Source: Squalus acanthias (lineage: Eukaryota). Taken from it: 64,000 nucleotides of DNA. Shown one piece after another: positions 24,050 to 37,132 of this stretch (position 1 is its first letter; every line of letters starts with the position of its first letter). The notes under the pieces were generated by a model. That model did not search any database, was not told the origin of the DNA, and worked only from the letters and a program-made list of their open reading frames with translations. Location of the stretch: contig CM059432.1 of the NCBI GenBank assembly GCA_030390025.1, positions 110,424,001 to 110,488,000 of the forward strand, written 5' to 3'. The position numbers and the translations under genes were made by a program.

Positions 24050-25970
24050 GTTACAGCACAGGAACAGGCCACTCGGCCTAAATGATTAACGCTGGTGTTT
24101 ATGCTCCACACAAGCCTCCTCCCACCTTACTTCATCGAATTCCATCAGCATATCTTTCTATTCCCTTTTCTCCCTCATGTGTTTATCTAGCTTCCCCTTA
24201 AATGCATCGATGCTATTTGCCTCAACCACTCCCTGTGGTAGCGAGTTCCACTTTCTAATCATTCTGAGTAAAGAAGTGTCTCCTGAATTCTTATTGGATT
24301 TATTAGTGACCATCTTGTATTTATGGCCCCTAGTTTTGAACTCCTCCACAAGTGGAAACATCTTCTCTATGTCTACCCTATCGAACCCCTTCATAATTTT
24401 AAAAACATCTTTTTAGGTCATCTCAGAATCTCTTTTCTAGAGAAAAGAGCCCAAGCCTGTTCAGTCTTTCCTGATAGGATACTAGAACTGAGAGGTTATA
24501 ACCTTGTAAATCTTTTTTGCACCTTCTCCAGTGCTTCTGTATCCTTTTTTGTAATATGGAGACCAGAACCGTGCACAGAACGCCAAGTGTAGTCTAACCA
24601 AGGTTCTTTTTAAGTTTAACATAATTTCTGTGCTTTTGAATTATTTTCTTCTTGAAATGAACCCCAGTGCTTTGTTTGCATTTTATGGCTTATCTTACCT
24701 GTGTTGCTATTTTTAATGATTTGTGAATTTGCACACCGAGATCCCATTGCACCTCTAACCCATTTAGACTACAAGGAGTAGGTGGCCTCCTTATTCCTCC
24801 TACCAAAATGCAGCATCTCAATTATCTATATTGAAATTAATTTGCCATTTACACGCCCATTCTGCAAGTTTGTATCTTGGATTTTGTCGCAGTCTTGCTC
24901 AGTATTAACTATACCCCCCAAGTTGGTGGCATCTGCAAATTTTGATATTGTACTTCCAATTCCAGACTCCAAATCATTTATGGGCAATAAGTTGGCAGAT
25001 GGAGTATAATGTGAGGTTATTCACCTTGGTAAGAAGAATAGAAAAACAGAATATTTTTTAAATGGTGAGAAACTATTAAATGTTCAGTGTTCAGAGAGAT
25101 TTAGGTGTCCTTGTACAGGAAACACAGTGAACATGCAGGTACAGCAAGCAATTAGAAAGGCAAATAGCAAGGGGGCTGGAGTACAAGAGGAAGGAAGTCT
25201 TGCTACAATGGTATAGGGCTTTGGTGAGACCACATCTGGAGTACTGTGCACAGTCTCCTTATCTGAGGAAGGACATACTTGCCTTAGAGGTGGTGGAACA
25301 AAGGTTCACCAGATTGATTCCTGGGAGGAGAGGGCTGTCCTATGAGGAGAGATTGAGCCTATACTCTCTGGAGTTTAGAAGAATGAGAGGTGATCTCATT
25401 GAAGCATAAGATTCTGAAGGGGCTTGACAGGGTAGATGCTGAGAGGTTGTTTCCCCTGGCTGGAGTGTCTAGAACTAGGGGGCATAGTCTCAGGATAAGG
25501 GGTCGGCCATTTAAGACTGAGATGAGGAAGAATTTCTTCACTCAGAGGGTTGCGAATCTTTGGAATTCTCTACACCAGAGGGCTGTGGATGGTGAGTCGT
25601 TGAGTATATTCAAGGCTGAGATTGATAGATTTTTAGACTCTAGGGGAATCAAGGGATCTGGAGATCGGGCAGGAAAGTGGAGTGGAGGTCAAAGATCAGC
25701 CACGATCTTATTGAATGACAGAGCAGGCTTGAGGGGCCGTATGGCCTACTCTTGCTCCTAATTCTTATGTTATGTTCTTATGTAAATGGTGAACAACAGT
25801 GGTCCCAGCACCGATTCCTGCAGAACACCACTTTCCACCTTCCGCCAGTCTGAGTAAATACAGTAAAACTTACTGTTCTCTATTTGGAGCCAGCTTGCTA
25901 TCCATTCTGCTACTTGTCCCCCTGACTCTGCCCTAGTCACGAGTCTACTATGTGGCACCTTATCAAAGGC
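24050..25970. mobile_element. Cluster of CR1 fragments: 24050-24980 (-), 24990-25780 (+), 25780-25970 (-)
   Basis: RT C-terminal peptides and 3' tails in both orientations. Confidence 0.8.
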
Positions 25971-26429
25971 CCCTAGTGAAACCTGCAAATAACAACGGAC
26001 ACCTTAGGAGCTGCCATCAGTTGTCCTTTTTTGCAAGTGTCCTTATTTTTAAAATGGTCCTTGTATGTACTGTCAAATTTTACCCAACAAGAGCCAGCTG
26101 AGATTATGATCTGCAATATGCGAAGAATCTCCCTCCCACACACCAGCATTCAGCTCTGTTCACTCAACAATTTTACATCTAAATTCCTGTTAAATTTCAA
26201 ACCACTGTGACTTGGAGCAGAGTATAACTTCAGTAATGAACTGCATTTCTCAGCTCGACTTTCTAGCAGAGCAGTCACAAGACAAAAAAGGGGGAACTGA
26301 TCGAGAACATTTGGGAGGGAAAACAACAGGTCACATTATGTGTAGGAGTGAGAGTTTTCTGGTTGAGTAGTGAGTTTGCAGAAAGACTGACTGCTCGCTG
26401 GGAGCCACAGGCCTGTCCATGTCACTCCC

Positions 26430-27480
26430 TCTCAGAATCTTGTATGTTTCAATGAGATCACCTCTCATTCTTCTAAACTCCAGAGAGTATAGGCCCAATC
26501 TACTCAATCTCTCCTCATAGGACAGCCCTCTCATCCCAGGGATCAATCTAGTGAACCTTCATTGCACTGCCTCTAAGGCAAGTATGTCCTTTCTCAGATA
26601 AGGAGACCAAAACGGTGCACAGTACTCCAGGTATGGTCTCACCAAAAACCAAGGACAAGAATTTTCAATTTAAGCTGCTGGGGGTCCGGGAGTCAACATT
26701 CATTCCTTTGCCATTGGTGGGATTATGCTTTGCATAAACTGGCTCCCATCTCTGCCTACACTGGACCGCACTCCAATGAGTCATCCATGTGAAGTGGTTT
26801 GAGAATTCTCTCAAGACGTGATTATGACGCCACCTAAATGGACACTACACAAGTGTAGTTAAGACTTCCTTACTCTTATACTCCAACCCCCTTGCAATAA
26901 AGGTCAACATTCCATTTGCCTTCCTAATTGCTTGCTGTATCTGCATGCTAACTTTGTGTTTCCTGTACGAGGACACCTAAATCTCTCTGAACACCAACAT
27001 TTAATAGTTTCTCACCATTTAAAAAAATATTCTGTTTTCCTATTCTTCCTACCAATGTCATATGAGGAGAGATTGGGTCGACTAGGCCTGTATTCACTAG
27101 AGTTTAGAACAATGAGAGGGGATCTCATTGAAACGTATAAAATTCTAACAGGACTAGACAGACTCGATGCAGGGAGGAGGTTTCCCCTGGCTGGCAGGTC
27201 TAGAACGAGGGGTCACAGTCTCAGGATACGGGGTAGGACATTTAGGACTGAGATGAGGAGAATTTCTTCACTCAGGAGGGTGGTGAACCTGTGGAATTCT
27301 CTACCACAGAAGGCTGTGGAGGCCAAGTCACTGAATATATTTAAGAAGGAGATAGATAGATTTCTAGACACAAAAGGCATCAAGGGGTATGGGGAGAGAG
27401 CGGGAATATGGTATTGAGATAGAGGATCAGCCATGGTCATATTGAATGGCCTACTCCTGCTCCTATTTTTCTATGTTTCT
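26430..27480. mobile_element. CR1 fragments: 26430-26645 (-), 26860-27053 (-), 27055-27480 (+)
   Basis: SYEERLGRLGLYSLEFR and MRGDLIETYKIL peptides. TTTCTATG tail. Confidence 0.8.
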
Positions 27481-28103
27481 ACTTAGTGTATACCTTTTTC
27501 TTCAGTTTCAATTTTACCCTTATTGCTTTATTCATCCATGCTGTAACCCAGTGCATGGAAGAGTGAGGCAGACCCAACAGCTCGATACTTGGCTTACAAA
27601 TAAATGTGTGGCAGCCCAGCAATGAAACACGCACACCGCTCATGAACAACTGTCTTATCCTTCAAACTCAGCTGCCCATCTTCATTTACACTTTAGTGTA
27701 AAAATTGTCAAATCGCGGTCTAATTTTAGCTAAAGACAACAGAATAACAGTAAGAAAGAACTTGCATTTATGGATCATCTTTCATCCCAAAGCAGTGCAT
27801 ACTTCCTGAAGTACTGAAGAAAACATGGCAACCAAGCTGCACACAGCAAAATCCCACAAATCACAATGTGGTCAGAACCCTAGGAGAACCCAATACTCTT
27901 CAAATCGTGCCATGGAAGCTCTATACCCAATCAAATTAACATACAGGGCCTTCTTGAACGTCTCATCAGAAAGATAGCACTTAACTGTTAGCCTAGAGTA
28001 TTCACTCAAGTCCTCTTGACATGGTTAGGGGATTGGTTTGGAGGTAGGAGAGAGAGAGTAGGGATAATGGGTATGTACTCCAGTTGGCAGGATGTGACTA
28101 GTG

Positions 28104-30387
28104 GGGCTCGATTTTAATAGCCCTGAGGCGGCAGGTTGGCAGCGAAAATTGGAAAAAATGGCTTCAGACACCCAACCCGCCTCCATCTGATTTTCGTGAG
28201 CGTCAGGTCAGCCGCTCCCAAACTGACCCAACGGGAACCGGTGGGACAGGTAGTTAAGGCAGTTAAGAGCCTGTTAACTGCCTTGCTAATCCTATTTTGA
28301 TAGTGGTTTCCCATTTTCGTGCTTCTGGCTCCTGTTTCCCATCTTGTCAGAAAAGGCCAGGTTCAAGGAGACGAGTTTCTCGAGGAAATGATTGTAGTAA
28401 TTGGTGCAGCACTTTAAAAGCGCTTCCGTAACATGGCTGACATTCAAATGCAACAACTTTGATGTTGGAGGTTTGGGATAAGATTTTGCAAATCTACTGA
28501 CCTTGACTGTTCAAGCTGACACCCATCTGCAGTGTTACCTGATTGGAATAATTTCAGGCCACTGAGTGTGCGCGCTTACAAGCTTCTTGCCTCAACTGAA
28601 ATCTGTAGCAACGGGATGGGAACCATTTACATCCTCTCATCCTGGTCGTCAAATTTGGAGGAAGAGCAGCCGCGGCAGCACCACAACCAGCCACAACAGC
28701 AGCACCAGGAGTGCCAACCTCCTCCTCACCCACCTGATGCTGCACTGGACACAGGGCATCAGCCCGTGACAACATTGCTGCCCGGGAGGCCAGCGATGGC
28801 ATCACCATGGCCAGATTTTCTTCACTTGATGCTGTAAAGCCTGGCTGCCACATAATGCGCCAGGTTGACATCATCCCACACCAGCACCGTGAAGCATCCC
28901 TTTAATGTCCAAGCCATTCCATGCACACTCATCACTATAGCGGTGGGGGGGAAGTTATGTCTCAACATTCACTGGAACTCAGTAAGACACTTCTCAATGT
29001 GCGCTCAGATCTGTCCAATAAGGGGCACTTTTGGAAAAAGATATTGGCCCAGAAATTGATCTCGCTCTGTTCCCGCGGGGGTAAGCCTTCCCCGCGATGT
29101 CTCACCTCGCTTGTGCTTTTTCAGATCCAGCTCGCACGAACTTGATGTTCCAGACATCAGCTGTGCTGGGCTTGCGTATCCCAGCGGCGTAGTGAATTCG
29201 TGCGAGCTGTGAGATCACGTGACTCAGTTAGAGCCAATGGCAGCACACCATCTTCCATTCATAAGTTTCACAGACCTGCTGTGAAATCTATGAATCTTAC
29301 ACCCCCCCAAAATAACAGCTAAACCTCAATTAAATTAAAAAAAAACCATCACATTAATAAAATAAGTATAGTTAATTAAATTAACCATTTTAAATAAAAA
29401 ATTAAATTTTTGAAAAAATTTAAAATCTTTTAAAAAGTTATAAAAATAAACTTACCTGTCTTTAAAGTCTCTAAAAAAGATATACCTGTAAAAAAAAAAA
29501 TTCAAAAAAATACTTAATTCACTACTTACCTTCTTAAAAGCGGGTCTTACTCCTTTTTACATTTCCAAAATCTTCCCTACTTACCTGCGCGTCCAAAGCA
29601 TGAAGTGCACAGCGTGCACGCAGCCTGTAGCGCGCACGCGATGCACCCAGGACCCGCCCCCTTTTCAGAAGAGCAATTGCCGGTTTTCAGCGCATGCGCA
29701 GGGCATGCAGAAAACCGGCAATTGGAGTGGGAATACGCGAGAGTACGCAGTGCGTACTCTCGCGTCCCGGGATCAATTTTCGGCCCATTACACTGTATGA
29801 CTACACATTACCAGAAACTTCACATGGACATTGGCTAAACCTCTCAAGAGCCTACCCTTGTGTGTTGTTAGTTGGTATGCTTGCAGTAGGATGAGTGTGA
29901 GTGTCAGGGGTGGCTAGTGAGATGGGGAAGTGATAAAGTAGATAGAGATGTTTGGGTGGAGGTTCAAGGTAAGTTGATCTCCTGGGGAGGTCTCTTCTGC
30001 CCTTGGAAGGGAAGAGAACCTCCCTGCATGCTGTGACTCCCTCCATAAGTGTATGGAGGGAGTCATTGGAGAGCCGGGGTGCAAGTGTTCACCTTTGTGC
30101 AGTGATTGTTAGTGTTTGCAGCACCTCAATGCTGTCAAACACTGACAGATCAACTGTCAAAATAAAATTGTGCATAGTCCCTTTAAGGAAACCGGCAGAT
30201 GACGTGTCATCAAATGACATCATCGGACCCACTTCCTGTTAATTGGCCGGTAAGCCCGCAGCGCTGGCTTAACAAGGCCAATCAAGGGAAAATCACGTCT
30301 GCAGAGCGGAGGCAGCTGGGGGCAGGACCATAACCCGGAAACCAGCTGACCCGCCCCCATCCTGCCTCCAGAATTAAATTTGTGGCC
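28104..30387. mobile_element. Internally deleted Harbinger element inserted in a CR1, carrying a nested MITE
   Basis: Interrupts CR1 at GTGACTAGTG|GTGTCCCCCAGGG and has imperfect TIRs. Q/P-rich transposase-like leader on + (about 28615-28760). Convergent Myb/SANT-like remnant LAPRLSNDSLHTLMEGVTACREVLFPSKGRR on - (about 29990-30090). Confidence 0.7.
29046..29786. mobile_element. Harbinger-type MITE, inverted relative of 9007-9753
   Basis: Imperfect TIRs GGCCCAGAAATTGATC / GATCAATTTTCGGCCC and TSD ATT. Confidence 0.85.
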
Positions 30388-32912
30388 ATGGTGTCCCCCA
30401 GGGATCTGTACTGGGGCCTCAGCTTTTCACTGTATTTATCAATGGCTTAGATGAAGGAATAGAGAGTCATATATCCAGGTTTGCTGATGGCACCAAGTTA
30501 GGTGGCACCGTAAATAGTGTAGATGGGAGCAGAAAGTTGCAAAGGGACATTGATAGATTAAGTGAGTGGGCAAAACTGGCAGATGGAGTTCAAAGTGGGG
30601 AAATGTGAGGTCATCCACTTTGGATGCAAGAAGGATAGATTAGAGTAATTTCTAAACGATGAGAAGTGAGGAACTGTGGAGGAGCGGAGAGATTTAGGGG
30701 TCCAAGTACAGAAAAAAATTATACCTACTGGGCAGGTACAAAAATTAATTTAAAAGGCTAATGCAATGTTAGCCTTGATCTCAAGGGAGCTGGAATACAA
30801 AGGGGTGGAAGTTATGATACAGGTTAGACTCCATTTAGATACTGTGTTCAGTTCTGGGCACCGCACCTCAGGAAGGATATATTGGCCTTGGAGGGGGTGC
30901 AGCGCAGATTCACCAGAATGATACCGGGACTAAAAGGGTTAAATTGAGAACAGGTTGCACAGACTAGGCTTGTATTCCCTTGCATATAGAAGATTAAGGG
31001 GTGATGTAATTGAGGTGTTTAAGATGATTAAAGGACTTGATAGGGTAGAGAGAGAGAAACTATTTGCAGGGAAATGGTGTTAGGGAAATTGACGGGATTG
31101 AAGGCCGATAAATCCCCAGGGCCTGATAATCTACATCCTAGGGGTACTTAAGGAAGTGGCCCTAGAAATAGTAGATGCATTGCTGATCATCTTCCAACAT
31201 TCGATGGAATCTGGAACTGTACCCATGGATTGGAGGGTAGCTAATGTTACCCCACTATTCAAAAAGGGTGGTAGAGAGAAAGCGGGGAATTACAGACCTG
31301 ACATTGATAGTGGGGAAAATGCTAGAGTCCATTATAAAGGATGTAATAGCTGAGCACTTGAAAAACAGTGACAGGATCGGACAAAGTCAACATGGATTTA
31401 CAAAAGGTAAATCATGCTTGACTAATCTACTGGAATTTTTTTGAGGATGTAACTGGGAAAATAGATAAGGGAGAACCAGTAGATGTGGTGTATTTGGACT
31501 TTCAAAAGGCTTTCGATAAGGTCCCGCATAAGAGATTAGCGTGTAAAGTTAAGGCACATGGGATTGGGGGCAAGGTATTGACTTGGATAGAGAACTGGGT
31601 GGCGGACAGAAAGCAGAGAGTAGGAATTAATGGGTCTTTTTCCGAGTGGCAAGCAGTGACTAGTGGGGTACCGCAGGGATCGGTCCTTGGACCCCAGCTA
31701 TTCACAATATACATTAATGATCTAGATAAGGGAACTAAATGTAATATCTCCAAGTTTGCAGATGACACAAAGCTGGGTGGGAGTGTGTGCTGCGAGGAGG
31801 ATACCAAGAAACTCCAGGATGATTTGGACAGGTTGGGTGAGTGGACAGAAGCGTGGCAGATGCAATATAACGTGGATAAATGCGAGGTTATCCACTTTGG
31901 TGTCAAAAACAGAAAGGCAGACTATTATCTGAATGGCAATAGATTGGGAGAAGGGGAAGTGCAACAAGACCTGGGTGTCCTGGGTTTGAGTATAGGAACA
32001 GGGATGTCCTGCTGCAGTTGTACAGGCTTGGTGAGACCACACCTTGAGTACTGTGTGCAGTTTTGGTCGCCTTATCTGAGGAAGGATGTTCTTGCCATGG
32101 AAGGAGTTCAGCGAAGATTCATAAGGCTGATACCTGGGATGGCAGGAATGACATATGAGGAGAGATTGGGTTGATTGGGTTTATACTCGCTGGAGTATAG
32201 AAGGATGAGAGGGGATCTCATCGAAACATATAAAATTCTGACAGGTCTGGACAAACTAGATGCAGGAAGAATGTTCCCGATGGTCGGAGAGTCCAGAACC
32301 AGGGGTCATAATCTAAGGATAAGGGGTAAGCCATTTAGGACAGAAATGAGGAAGAATTTCTTCACCCAGAGAGTGGTGAACCTGTGGAATTCTCTACCAC
32401 AGAAGGTAGTTGAGGCCAAGTCATTAAATATATTCAAGAATGAGTTAGATATATTTCTTAAAGCTAAAGGTATCAAGGGATATGGGGAGAAGGCAGGTAC
32501 AGGGTACTGAGTTTGGATGATCAGCCATGATCTCATCGAATGGCGGAGCAGGCTTGAGGGGCCGAATGGCCTACTCCTGCTCCTATCTTCTATGTTTCTA
32601 TTTCCTCTGGTGAGGAAGTCCAGAACAAGGGTGCATAACCTTAAAATTAAAGCTAGGCCTTTCAGGGGTGATGTCAGGAAGCACTTAACACAAAGGGTAG
32701 TGGAAATCTGGAATCTCTCCACCAAAAAGCTGTTGAGGCTAGGGCAATTGAAAATTTCAAAACAGATTGATAAGAATTTTGTTCCTCAAGGGTATTAAGG
32801 GTTACAGAAGCAAGTCGGGTAGATGGAGTTAAGATACAGATCAGCTATCATCTAATTGAATGGCAGAACAGGCTTGCGGGGCTGAATGGCCTACTCCTGT
32901 TCCTATGTTCCT
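30388..32912 (+). mobile_element. Older CR1 (28020-28103, 30388-31065, 32600-32912) with a younger CR1 (31066-32597) nested inside
   Basis: Two successive RT/3' ends. CTATTT is duplicated at 31060-31065 and 32598-32603. Confidence 0.85.
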
Positions 32913-33114
32913 AAGTCTGAAGTGGACCTTCAACTCACAACCTTATTACTCAGAAACAAGGGTGCTCCCAAATGAGCCAAACTGGCATTTATATTATTCA
33001 TTGTAGCATGTCTAATCTTGCACGATATTAATGCTTTTTTCAAAAGAATAAATTCAATAATGCTATTGCAAAAATAATCAAGTAATTTATGTCCAAATGT
33101 TAAGCCATTCTGCT

Positions 33115-33847
33115 GACCCTGAATTTGCGGTCGGTATGACAGCGTGCTCTCGGAGCCTTTCAAACTGACCGCAACTTTGGGATTTGGCGCATGTGCAATC
33201 CCGACGTTGCAGTCTGTTAATGACAGCTCCTCCACAGGCTGTGCTGTGCACCCCCAGCCCCACACACACAGAGCCGGCAATCAGTGAAATCTCCAAAATT
33301 ATTGAAACTGACAAAAACTTCAGCTCTCCTGCAGTAATTACCCTGTTAAATTCCCCACTAAAAGTTAGACCCAAAGGGATTAGGTGTAACTGGGGTTTTA
33401 ACAGCGTATTGACTGCTAAACAAATGTTATGGGCCTGGAAAATTTTAATTTTGTGTAGTGTGAAATTTGTCCATTTTAATAAAAATTAAAATTTAGAAAA
33501 TTTTCAATTTTTAACATTTTTTAAAGTTTGTCCATCTTTATTTCAGGTTTGTCTTTTCCCCATGTGAGTGTCCCAATTTTTCTTTTGCTCTCAAAATTCT
33601 AACTTTTTTAAATAGTTAAAGAGTTTACTCACTTCTCTGTTCGCTATCTGTGAGAATCCTGCCTTTTGATTGGCTGCTTAGACAGCATGTTGATGTCACA
33701 GCAGTTCGAACAATGGGATCCCCACTACAATCCATTGAATTGAAGGTCGGAAAACCCGAAATTCTCGACACGGAGATTGCGAGATCCTTGTACTTCGGCA
33801 CCAGCAGTGAACGCCTTCACTTCGCCGCTGACCGCAAATTCTGGGCC
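33115..33847. mobile_element. Harbinger-type MITE
   Basis: TIRs GACCCTGAATTTGCGGTC / GACCGCAAATTCTGGGCC and an AT-rich core. Confidence 0.7.
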
Positions 33848-34139
33848 TCTTTTTTTCTAGTGTTGTCGGTGAGTCATCCAGGTTTTCACAAGACTATTTA
33901 TTAGGGATAAACAGATGAGTAAACTCGGACCAGTGTTCTGGATTAGAATTGGGATCGTCCAACATAAAAAGCAAAGTGCAAGTTCAACGGCTGTCCTACT
34001 ACAGCACAAAGTGTAACCGCCAATCCTTCTTATCCAATGTCTTCAATGTAGGATAAATTGCTCCAGATCATACAGACTCCAGCACAATACAACCCTTATT
34101 GGTTTGGATCAAACTGATACACATTCTTCCCAAGGTCAG

Positions 34140-36440
34140 GTTTCTCATCCCCCTCCCCCAAAATTGAATGCAGTCCTCCAGATGGGGTCTGAACAAGGCT
34201 CTATACAACTGAAGCACATCTTCCTCCACTTTGTAATCCAGCCTCCTTGAGATAAAGACCATCATTCCATTAGCCTTTTTGATTGCTTTTTTGTAGCTGT
34301 CTACTAAATTTAAATGATTTGTGTACTTGGATTCTCAAATGACTTTGCTCCCCTACAGTTCGTAGTATCTCGCCATTTAGAAAAGATTCCGCTTCATCTT
34401 TCTCAGGTCCAAATTGGATGACCTCACACTGGCCCATATTAAAACTCCATCAGTCACACTCATTTAATCTATCAATGTCCCTTTGCAACTTCCTGCTCCC
34501 ATCTATTATTGTCCCTCCTAATTTAGTGTCATCTTTAAACGTGGAAGCACAATTATCTATTCCTTCATCCAAGTCATTAATTAAGTATGATGAAAAGTTG
34601 AGGCCCCACAACTGATCCTTGGGGAACACAACTTGTCACATTCTGCCAATCTGAGTACATACCCTTTATCTCCACACTCTGTCTCCTACTTCCCAACCAA
34701 TTTCCAACTCAAGTCAAAAGGCTACCTCCAATTCTGTGCACACCAATTGTTGTCAATAATATTTTATGTGGAACCTTATTGAATGCCTTCTGGAAGTCCA
34801 TATAGAAAACATCCATAGACACTCCTTTGTCTACCTTATCAGTGACCTCCTAAAAAATTTAACGAGATTAGTCAGACGTGACTTGCCTTTAACATAGCCA
34901 TGCTGGCTCTCTGAGATAAGCTCATATGAGTGACATTAGCAATTTTCAGTCTAACAGCACAATTCCCAAATCTAGAGAGCTTTGAAAGATTATAACTAAA
35001 GCTTCTGCAATTTTCTCTTCTACTTCTTTTAATACCTTGGCAGAAACCATTGGGTCCTGGAGATATACCTATACTAAGTCCCATTAATTTCTACACGGTG
35101 GCATAGTGGTTAGCACTGGTGCCTCACAGCGCCAGAGACCCGGGTTCGAATCTGACCTCGGGTGACTGTCTGTGTGGAGTTTGCACATTCTCCCCGTGTC
35201 TGCGTGGGTTTCCTCCGGGTGCTCCGGTTTCCTCCCACAGTCCAAAAATGTGTGGGTTAGGTTGATTTGGCTATGATAAATTGACCCTTAGTGTTAGGGG
35301 GGATTAAATATGTGGGGTTATGGGGATAGGATGGGATATGTTAGGGGGAATTAAATACGTGGGGTTACGGGGGTAGGGTGGGATATGTGTACTGTGGGGA
35401 TTAAAGCAGGGACAGGGTACTGGATTTGGATGATCAGCCATGATCGTATTGAATGGCGGAGCAGGCTCGACGGGCCGAATGGCCTACTCCTGCTCCTAGA
35501 TTCTATGTTTCTATGTTTCTATTACCATTTGTTTTACTAATATTGAATTCAATAAGTTCCTCCCCTTGATTTATTTTTAGATTTCCTTCTATCACTGGTA
35601 TTTTATCCTCTTCCTATACTGCAAAAACAGATATAAAGTACCGTAGATTACTACTTCTCCTGGCATTTGTGCAAGCCATTTCCTTTAGTTTTATTCTCCA
35701 TCTTACCTCACATGCTGACCATGGTTGCTTGACTGTACAAGTGGAATTTTTGCTCTTATGGGGTATGTACTGGCATTGTATTGTACTAAATGCTTCTTTG
35801 AATACCTCCCACTGTTTTTCTGTAAGTTTACCTGGTAACATCTCAGCCTAGTTTAACGTGATCATCTTACACCTCATTCCTTCGAAGTCAGCCTTATACA
35901 AGTTTAAAAATCTTTACTTCCCTTCTTGGGGTGGTGGTTAAAATCAAGGCCATTGTTTCAGAAAACTGTCCTGGATACACTATAGAAATTCATTGCCTTT
36001 ACGACTTGAGCTGTTTTGCATCTCCCAATCTATGAAGATTGATATCTCTCATTAAAGCCACGTTGCCTTTGCTACATGCTTCTCTGATCTCTGTATTTAT
36101 GCATCCTGCTACTACATTATTGCTGTCAGGCAATCTATAGATAGCTCCCACAAGAGTCTTACATCCTCTGCTCTTTCTCAATTCTACCCAGAGTGTTTCC
36201 ACTGCATGCTGACACTTACTGATTTCCCCAACTGCTGTAATATTGTCCTTTAGCAATATGGTTGCTCCTCCTCCTTTCCCTATCCTTTCTAAAGACCTTA
36301 TGGCCTGGAATATTAAACTCACATTCATGCCCAGCTTGTGGCCAAGTCCTTAATGGCTATTACATGGTACCCTTTGAGCTGAATCCGTGCTTCTAATGAG
36401 TTTGTTTTATACCTTATGCTATGTGCAGTACAAATACAAC
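34140..36440 (-). mobile_element. Old CR1 LINE remnant
   Basis: Decayed endonuclease (GKGGGATILLKDNI, ETLWVELR) and RT fragments. Confidence 0.75.
35093..35520 (+). mobile_element. HE1-like V-SINE, second copy
   Basis: Near-identical to 5060-5490. Confidence 0.9.
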
Positions 36441-36782
36441 CGCAACATAAACTTTCTGGGTTTCTAATTCTGTCTTTGGTTTTAGATGCACACACTGAGG
36501 ATATTCTTCTGATGCACACATGAATTTTTCCTCCTTAAATGGGGTGCAACACCAAACCAAATTCAAAACTGGTGTCCAAATTAGAGCGAATTGAGGCATT
36601 CTGACAGCTAACTGAAATCTGCCCAATTCAGTTTGTGTCATCATTTCTAAGAAGAGGGAAAGATAAAAGAGAAACACAGAGTTAAAAGGTTCATTGTTTT
36701 TGAGTAGACTTGGTTTGACCTTCAATCTTGCATTGAGCTGCAACATGAGCTTTGGAGTTTAATTCTGGCAACAAGAAAGAAA

Positions 36783-36817
36783 AGCTGCCGTCTTTCGGAT
36801 GAGACGTTAAACCGTCT

Positions 36818-36850
<33 letters not shown>

Positions 36851-37132
36851 GGTGGACGTAAAATATCCCGTGGCACTATTTCGAAGAAGAGCAGGGGAGT
36901 TATCCCTGGTGTCCTGGCCAAAATGTATCCCTCAATTAACATCACTAAAACAGATGATCTGGTCATTATCACATTGCTGTTTGTGGGAGCTTGCTGTGCA
37001 CAAATTGACTGCTGTGTTTCCTACATTACAACAGTGACTACACCGCAAAAAAAAGTACTTCATTGGCTGTAAAGCACTTGGGACGTCCGGTGGTCGTGAA
37101 AGGCGCTATATAAATGCAAGTCTTCCTTTCTT
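36783..37132 (+). mobile_element. 5'-truncated Deu-SINE with internal (CT)n microsatellite
   Basis: Reverse complement of 23385-23710. (CT)n at about 36817-36850. Confidence 0.85.

Noticed and set aside
34002..34043. Minus-strand peptide KTLDKKDWRLHF resembling the recalled next OXR1 exon (KKTLDKKDGRRMSF)
   Set aside because: No phase-1 acceptor, an in-frame TAG follows within a few codons, and the flanks do not match. Probably chance, though a decayed exon copy cannot be excluded.
36560..36646. Strong minus-strand acceptor followed by ATGATGA (possible exon or C/D snoRNA)
   Set aside because: No terminal D box or stem, no convincing donor, and no recognisable peptide.
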